Part shown: in pieces, positions 58,592-64,000 of the stretch
How positions within the stretch are numbered: position 1 is the stretch's first letter
Layout of the letters: each line of letters begins with the position of its first letter
Origin: an archaeon
GTDB taxonomy: Archaea; Nanobdellota; Nanobdellia; Pacearchaeales; GW2011-AR1
Direction: 5' to 3'
NCBI GenBank assembly: GCA_030605415.1
Contig: JAUWIJ010000006.1
Span: 2,335 to 66,334, forward strand
Length of the DNA: 64,000 bases
Notes under the pieces: model-generated
Databases searched by the model: none
Seen by the model: the letters and a program-made list of their open reading frames with translations, nothing else
Told to the model about the DNA's origin: nothing
Program-made: the position numbers and the translations under genes

Positions 58592-59182
58592 ATGAAAAAT
58601 TCCAATTCCTATGTTCTCGCGGGAGTGTTCTTTATTTTTTTGCAAATTATTGTGATAATCAGAAATTTGTATTTTGATTTTGCGTATTTCTTTTGGTTCT
58701 GCGATTTCGTGCCGATAATTTTGGCCCTGGCATTTTTCCTAAAAAAAGATTACGTCATAAAAGGGATTGTTAACATTGGATTATTTCCCCAAATTGTTTA
58801 TATATTTGGCTTTATTATAAAAATATTTTTGGGAATTTCTTTTCTGAGTGAGGTGGAATTACTTTTGACTTATAATATATTTATAATTTTTTCATCCGTT
58901 TTTGTTCATCTAGCTACGATAATTGCATTTGGTTTTACATACAAAGTTAGGCCGACGAAAGAGACGCTTGTTTATTCTTTGCTGGGATTGGTTTTGATTT
59001 ATCTTGTGATGATTTTTTTTACAGCTCCTGTAGATGATATCAATTATGTCTTTTTGTTAAGTAACTTTTTCGGAGTTGATGTGTTTTCGGTTTTTTGGAT
59101 TCCTATAACTTTTTTACTTGTAGTCCTCCCGACTCAGGGATTTCAATATTTAATTTATAGGTATTTTGGGAAACATAATTAG
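58592..59182 (+). CDS. Polytopic membrane protein
   Basis: About six TM helices; FWFCD, H and INYV motifs. Confidence 0.75.
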   Translation: MKNSNSYVLAGVFFIFLQIIVIIRNLYFDFAYFFWFCDFVPIILALAFFLKKDYVIKGIVNIGLFPQIVYIFGFIIKIFLGISFLSEVELLLTYNIFIIFSSVFVHLATIIAFGFTYKVRPTKETLVYSLLGLVLIYLVMIFFTAPVDDINYVFLLSNFFGVDVFSVFWIPITFLLVVLPTQGFQYLIYRYFGKHN

Positions 59183-59259
59183 GGATTTGGGGTTAGGTAT
59201 TTGGGATTTGAGGGGAAGGGAACGGGACAAGATAGGGATTGGGAGCGGGGATTTGAAAA

Positions 59260-59502
59260 GATGCCTGCACTATTCACAATTCACACCTCGTAAAATTATC
59301 TTTTGAATTGTGTTTTACTCGGAGCAAATTGTTCAGCCAAACGCCCGTTTGTTCACTTACCGCCAACTTTTTATATTGTTATTTCTAATTGTTTTCATGT
59401 GGGGATGCCTACGTTATTCACAATTTGCATTTCGCAATCATATTAAAATTCGTTGGATTACTCAAAGCGAATTGCTCAGCCAAACGCCCGTTTGTTCACT
59501 CC
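59260..59502 (+). repeat. Two tandem interrupted copies of the tRNA-Leu 5' end, each followed by an antisense D-arm copy
   Basis: gatgcc-[insert]-gccaaacg-cccgtttgttcact occurs twice. Confidence 0.85.
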
Positions 59503-59539
59503 GATAATTTTATAACCTTTATTCCTTGCATAATTTTAT

Positions 59540-59623
59540 GTGGGGATGCCGGAGTGGCCAAACGGGCTGGCTTTAAGCGCCAGTAGCTTTACGCTTACGG
59601 GGGTTCGAATCCTCCTCCCCACA
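59540..59623 (+). tRNA. tRNA-Leu(TAA)
   Basis: GTGGGGA/TCCCCAC stem, ctggc-ttTAAgc-gccag arm, long variable arm, GGTTCGAATCC. Confidence 0.93.
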
Positions 59624-59777
59624 TGAGGATGAGAACCCTGTGCTTCGATTCCTTGCTTGTGAGATTTATCGAGTCAAGCAGCGAGGATTTTCAATCCGGC
59701 GCCCTCCCCACATGAGGATGAGAACTCCATGTTTCGATTCCCAAGATTTATTAATGTATTAAATTGTTTTTTATTAT

Positions 59778-59850
59778 GCCTTCGTAGCTCAGTTGATAGA
59801 GCGCAACACTCGTAATGTTGAGGTCACGGGTTTGACTCCCGTCGGAGGCT
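59778..59850 (+). tRNA. tRNA-Thr(CGT)
   Basis: GCCTTCG/CGGAGGC stem, caaca-ctCGTaa-tgttg arm. Confidence 0.93.
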
Positions 59851-60011
59851 TAGAAACACGTGACCGGTCACGGTGAACAAAACGCTTTGAGCAAAACAAA
59901 AGTTTAAAATATTTTTGCGAGATGCATTTTGTGAATAGTTTGACTCCCGTCGGAGGCTTAGATTATTTTTAGAAGAATAATATTTATAAAAGCTTTTGAA
60001 TGTTAATTGAA

Positions 60012-60215
60012 ATGGAAGGATTTGACTTGACGAAATTTCAGGAGAAGGGTAAGGAGCAAGACAAGATTCGTAAAATTATGGGAAAGATTTTATCTGGACG
60101 AGATGGTTATGAAGTGATTATTGAAGAGAAGAAGAAAATTAAGAGATGTCCTGAGTGTGATTGGGCATTAGAGGGTGGGGAGAAATTCTGCCCTGAATGT
60201 GGGGCGAAAGTTTAG
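60012..60215 (+). CDS. Zinc-ribbon domain protein
   Basis: CPEC...KFCPECG. Confidence 0.75.
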   Translation: MEGFDLTKFQEKGKEQDKIRKIMGKILSGRDGYEVIIEEKKKIKRCPECDWALEGGEKFCPECGAKV

Positions 60216-60217
60216 GT

Positions 60218-60550
60218 TTAACTCATCTCCCCGATTCTTTCCCCGTAATCACATTTTGTACATTGCAATAAATATATCCAATCCTCGTCGCCGTACATTA
60301 TTCCGAGGTCAATCACTCTGCATTTGTCGTTCCCACATTCTGGACATTTGAAATCGTATCCTGTTTTGGGATTATTTTCTGCCGCTCCAGTTCCCAATTT
60401 CTTTTGTTTGAGATTTTCAGTCATCAATATTTTATTATCTTCGGTATACTTTTCCTTCAAATCGCATTTGGAACATACAAGATATTTCTCATTATTTTCA
60501 GTTACTATCTTCAATATACTATTACATTTTTGGCAAAATTTTATTGACAT
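60218..60550 (-). CDS. Transcription factor S-like protein (TFS/RPA12/RPB9 family)
   Basis: Two Zn ribbons; acidic GDED hairpin. Confidence 0.8.
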   Translation of the reverse strand: MSIKFCQKCNSILKIVTENNEKYLVCSKCDLKEKYTEDNKILMTENLKQKKLGTGAAENNPKTGYDFKCPECGNDKCRVIDLGIMYGDEDWIYLLQCTKCDYGERIGEMS

Positions 60551-60627
60551 GTTATATTGAGTTGACAGGGATACATAAAGTTTTCTGCAACGATTAACTT
60601 TAAAATCTGGCTTTATTTCTATTTGTT

Positions 60628-62487
60628 ATGAAGTTAGCGATTATTCACAAGGAGAAATGTAAGCCGACGATTTGCGGGCATGAGTGCAAGAAATATTGTC
60701 CCGTCGAGAAAAAGGAAGCGGATAGTTGTGTCACTATCGATGGCAAAGCGAAGATTGATGAGAACGCGTGTGTTGGGTGTGCAATTTGCGTGAAGCGGTG
60801 TCCGTTTGGTGCGATTGATATTGTTAATTTGCCGTCGGTGAGCGAGAAGGATATGGTGCATAGGTATGGAGCGAATGGATTTGCGTTGTATGGTTTGCCG
60901 ACGCCGAAAGATGGTTCGGTTCTTGGGTTGCTTGGAAGAAATGGAATTGGAAAGTCTACAGCTGTGAAAATTTTAGCTGGAACAGAGAAGATAAATTTAG
61001 GAAAAAAGTTTGCAAGCGATGAGGACATTAAAAAATTTTTTAAGGGTAATGAACTTTTGAGATATTTTGAGGGCTTGGATAAAAAAAAGGTTTCGTATAA
61101 GCCACAGAACTTGTCGCAGTTAGCGGTTGATGTGGGAGTTATGAAACTATTGTTACAGCGAGTTGTTTCTAATGCACCCAAGGGTGTACCTCCTGCCCAG
61201 ATGGCATCTGCTAACGCAGACAAGGTCGGCAAGATTAAACAATTGGCTGAAAGACTTGGCATCTCGTATGTTCTTGGAAATCGAATGGATAAATTATCGG
61301 GCGGCGAGTTACAAAAGGTTGCAATTTTAGCGGCGAGTTTAGGAGAGGCAAGTATTTATTTTTTTGATGAGCCTTTGGCATTTTTGGATATTGGAGAAAG
61401 ATTGAGGGTTTCGGATTTTATTAAGGAGATTGCAAAAGGTAAGTCTGTTATTGTTGTCGAGCACGATTTGTTGATTTTGGATTATTTGACGGATTATTTG
61501 AATGTTTTTTTTGGGGGGCAGGGGGCGTTCGGAATTGTATCGGGAGTTAAAAGTTCGGGGGTTGGAGTTAATGCTTATTTAAATGGGTTTTTGAAAGAGG
61601 AAAATATGCGGATTCGAGATAAAGTTTTGAGTTTTAATTTTACAAAAAATCCTGCTATGTCTGGAGCAAAGATTGCTGAGTGGCCTGCTTTTGATTTGAA
61701 ATTCGGGTTGGGTTTTGAATTAAAGGTTAATGCTGGCGAAATTCATGAGAACCATGTGATTGGAATTTTGGGAAAGAATGGAACTGGGAAGACTTCGTTT
61801 GTGCGGGCACTGGCGGGAGAAATTAAGGTTCGCAAGTTCGGAGTTACCCTCACAAATTCAAAACAAAAATTGGTTGGGGCAGACTCTCGGAGTTCGGAGT
61901 TTGAAGAGGGAGAAAAGGAAAGGCTGGATTTGGATTTGAGCATTTCATATAAACCTCAATATTTATTTAGCGAAAGCGAAGAGATTGTTAAGGACATTAT
62001 ATTTAGGGAAAAGATAAATAAAAAATTGTCGTCGGTGTTTAATCTTGGGGTTTTAGTTGGAAAGAAATTGAAGGAGTTATCGGGCGGCGAGTTGCAGAGA
62101 TTTAGTGTTGCGAGGTGCCTGGCGAAAGATGCGGATGTTTATTTAATTGATGAGCCGTCGGCGTATTTGGATGTTGAGGAAAGGATTTCGGTTGCGAAGG
62201 CGATTAAGGATATTATGGTTGAAAAAGGAAAGACGGCTTTTGTTGTAGACCACGATTTGTTGCTTGTTTCATATTTGGCGGATTCGATTATTAATTTCTC
62301 GGGAGAGAGTGGAGTTCGTGGGAAGGCATCGGAAATTAGTGGATTCGAGGAAGGGATTTCTGAATTATTGAAGAGTTTGGATGTTACTCTAAGGAAGGAT
62401 AAAGAAAGTGGCAGACCGAGGATTAATAAAAGAGGTTCGGTTTTGGACAGGGAGCAGAAAGCCAAGGGAAAGTGGGCTGTGTTTTAG
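60628..62487 (+). CDS. rli: Ribosome recycling ATPase ABCE1/RLI
   Basis: N-terminal FeS domain, two ABC domains, GRPRINKRGS; two atypical insertions. Confidence 0.96.
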   Translation: MKLAIIHKEKCKPTICGHECKKYCPVEKKEADSCVTIDGKAKIDENACVGCAICVKRCPFGAIDIVNLPSVSEKDMVHRYGANGFALYGLPTPKDGSVLGLLGRNGIGKSTAVKILAGTEKINLGKKFASDEDIKKFFKGNELLRYFEGLDKKKVSYKPQNLSQLAVDVGVMKLLLQRVVSNAPKGVPPAQMASANADKVGKIKQLAERLGISYVLGNRMDKLSGGELQKVAILAASLGEASIYFFDEPLAFLDIGERLRVSDFIKEIAKGKSVIVVEHDLLILDYLTDYLNVFFGGQGAFGIVSGVKSSGVGVNAYLNGFLKEENMRIRDKVLSFNFTKNPAMSGAKIAEWPAFDLKFGLGFELKVNAGEIHENHVIGILGKNGTGKTSFVRALAGEIKVRKFGVTLTNSKQKLVGADSRSSEFEEGEKERLDLDLSISYKPQYLFSESEEIVKDIIFREKINKKLSSVFNLGVLVGKKLKELSGGELQRFSVARCLAKDADVYLIDEPSAYLDVEERISVAKAIKDIMVEKGKTAFVVDHDLLLVSYLADSIINFSGESGVRGKASEISGFEEGISELLKSLDVTLRKDKESGRPRINKRGSVLDREQKAKGKWAVF

Positions 62488-62529
62488 TAAAAGCGTTTAT
62501 TTTATAAAGTTCTTTTTTATTATTTAATT

Positions 62530-63351
62530 ATGAAGAAAGAGTTGTTTGTAGTGTTGATGGTTGTGTTATTTGTTTTTGGTATTTCTTTTATCTCAAATTC
62601 AATGACGGGTAGTGTTATTGGTGATTCTGAAATAATGCAAGAAGAACATATCGGTCCGAGTGCGGAAGATATTGCGTGTTTAGAAAGTTGTATTGGTGTT
62701 GGGTGTGGGTCTGGCGATGAAGAATGTATGTTTGCAAATAGTGCAAAGTGTGAACAAGAATGTGGCGTGGAACCTGCGCCAGAATCTGCTGATGAAGGCG
62801 AAGCTTGTATGCAGGAGTGTGTTTCTCAGGGTTGTGATGAATATGATTTTGATTGTCAAAGTTCTAATATGGGTAGATGTGAAAAGGAGTGTGGGATGGT
62901 TGGAGAACCAGAAGCGCAGGGTGAAGAAGAACAATGTATTAGGGATTGTATTAATAAAATTGACCCAACCATTAGTTGCTCATCTGGGACTTTTGAAGGA
63001 GAAGGAGAAACAGGAAATGAAGTTTGTCAAAAATGCGCAAAATCTTGCGAGCATTTATATTCTGGTCCCTGTTTGAGCGATGAGGAATGGACTGAAAAAG
63101 AAAATGTGTGTTATGCTCAATGTGAGCATTGTTATGGTGAGCCAGTTGAGGGACCTTCTGGACAAGGATGGGATTGCACTATTGATATAAAATGTGTAGA
63201 TGCTTCAGCTGAATTTGGAGACGACGCTGGAAGCGGAGATGATAGTTTTGAAAAGGGGCATGAGGGTCCTGGAATTATAGTGTCGGTTGGAGAGGTGGTT
63301 GGTAATGTTTTTGAGGGAATAGGGAATTTTTTTAAGGGGTTATTTAGTTAA
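62530..63351 (+). CDS. Secreted acidic Cys-rich repeat protein
   Basis: Signal/TM helix; repeated CxxxC units. Confidence 0.75.
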   Translation: MKKELFVVLMVVLFVFGISFISNSMTGSVIGDSEIMQEEHIGPSAEDIACLESCIGVGCGSGDEECMFANSAKCEQECGVEPAPESADEGEACMQECVSQGCDEYDFDCQSSNMGRCEKECGMVGEPEAQGEEEQCIRDCINKIDPTISCSSGTFEGEGETGNEVCQKCAKSCEHLYSGPCLSDEEWTEKENVCYAQCEHCYGEPVEGPSGQGWDCTIDIKCVDASAEFGDDAGSGDDSFEKGHEGPGIIVSVGEVVGNVFEGIGNFFKGLFS

Positions 63352-63402
63352 GACTTTTTAGGTCTAGTAAAGTTTAATAAATCTTGATTCGTATTATATT
63401 TT

Positions 63403-64000
63403 ATGAAAAATAAGATTGCTAAATTGATTGCAAAAGAAATCAAGTTAAGTGTGGTTGAAATTGAAAATTTAATTGAGATTCCACCTATGTTCGAGATGGG
63501 GGATTTCGCGTTTCCGTGTTTTGGTTTGGCTAAGTCGCTTAAGAAAAATCCCCTGATAATTGCCGAAGATTTGGTTAAAAAGATAAGAAAAAAACTGCCT
63601 AGGGAAATTTCAAATGTTGATTTTAAAGGAGCTTATATTAATTTTTTTATTGATAAAAAAATTTTGGCTGAAGATGTTTTGGCGAAAGTAAAGAAAAAGA
63701 ATTTTGGAGAGAATAATTTAGGGAAGGGGAAAAAGATTGTAATTGAGTTTTCTCAGCCGAATACGCACAAGGCGTTCCATGTTGGGCATATAAGGGGCAC
63801 ATCTTTGGGCGAGAGTTTGGCTAGGATTTTTGAGATTGAAGGAAATAAGGTTGTTCGGGTTAATTATAGTGGAGATACTGGAATGCATATTGCAAAATGG
63901 ATTTGGTGTTATAGGAAATATCATGCAAAAGAAAAATTAAAAGGAGATGAGACATGGATTGCAGGGATTTATGTAGACGCTGTAAAAAGGCTCGAAAATA
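63403..64000 (+). CDS. argS: Arginyl-tRNA synthetase, N-terminal part (runs off window)
   Basis: GDFAFPCF, IEFSQPNTHKAFHVGHIRG. Confidence 0.95.
   Translation, partial: MKNKIAKLIAKEIKLSVVEIENLIEIPPMFEMGDFAFPCFGLAKSLKKNPLIIAEDLVKKIRKKLPREISNVDFKGAYINFFIDKKILAEDVLAKVKKKNFGENNLGKGKKIVIEFSQPNTHKAFHVGHIRGTSLGESLARIFEIEGNKVVRVNYSGDTGMHIAKWIWCYRKYHAKEKLKGDETWIAGIYVDAVKRLEN

Noticed and set aside
2004..63924. Many antisense or alternative-frame ORFs inside long genes (e.g. 7352-7849, 28253-28777, 60645-61262)
   Set aside because: Shadow ORFs overlapping well-supported genes, with no recognisable motifs.

Overview
AT-rich archaeal chromosome segment, most consistent with a reduced DPANN genome (Pacearchaeota-like: short fused Rpo1, bacterial-type NrdR, many leaderless TATA promoters; the taxonomy is an inference). 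Core content: rfcS/rfcL, an AmmeMemoRadiSam trio, a tRNA thiolase, a deoxynucleotide region (tmk, nrdR, mazG-like, nrdD with two inteins plus a separately encoded glycyl-radical peptide, nrdG, two dCMP deaminases, a thymidylate synthase-like fusion, and glyA and dut remnants), the RNA polymerase/str cluster, dnaG, endonuclease IV, an SMC with a zinc hook, RNase HII, four tRNAs, TFS, ABCE1 and the start of argS. The most striking signal is non-coding and recurs across the window. (1) All four tRNA genes are flanked by antisense copies and broken direct copies of their own arms; most direct copies are interrupted by small hairpin modules that are shared between different tRNAs and show covariation. 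(2) The smc 3' end occurs five times, partly synonymously recoded, and brackets successive gene cassettes; gene 5' ends are duplicated in a similar way. (3) A set of micro-elements (7-nt-periodic G-rich repeats, an invariant-length 37-bp bipartite motif, a 20-bp palindrome, a conserved hairpin core) sits at these junctions and even in-frame inside conserved genes. No integrase, transposase or reverse transcriptase was recognised in the window. All calls come from reading the sequence by eye; no searches were run.
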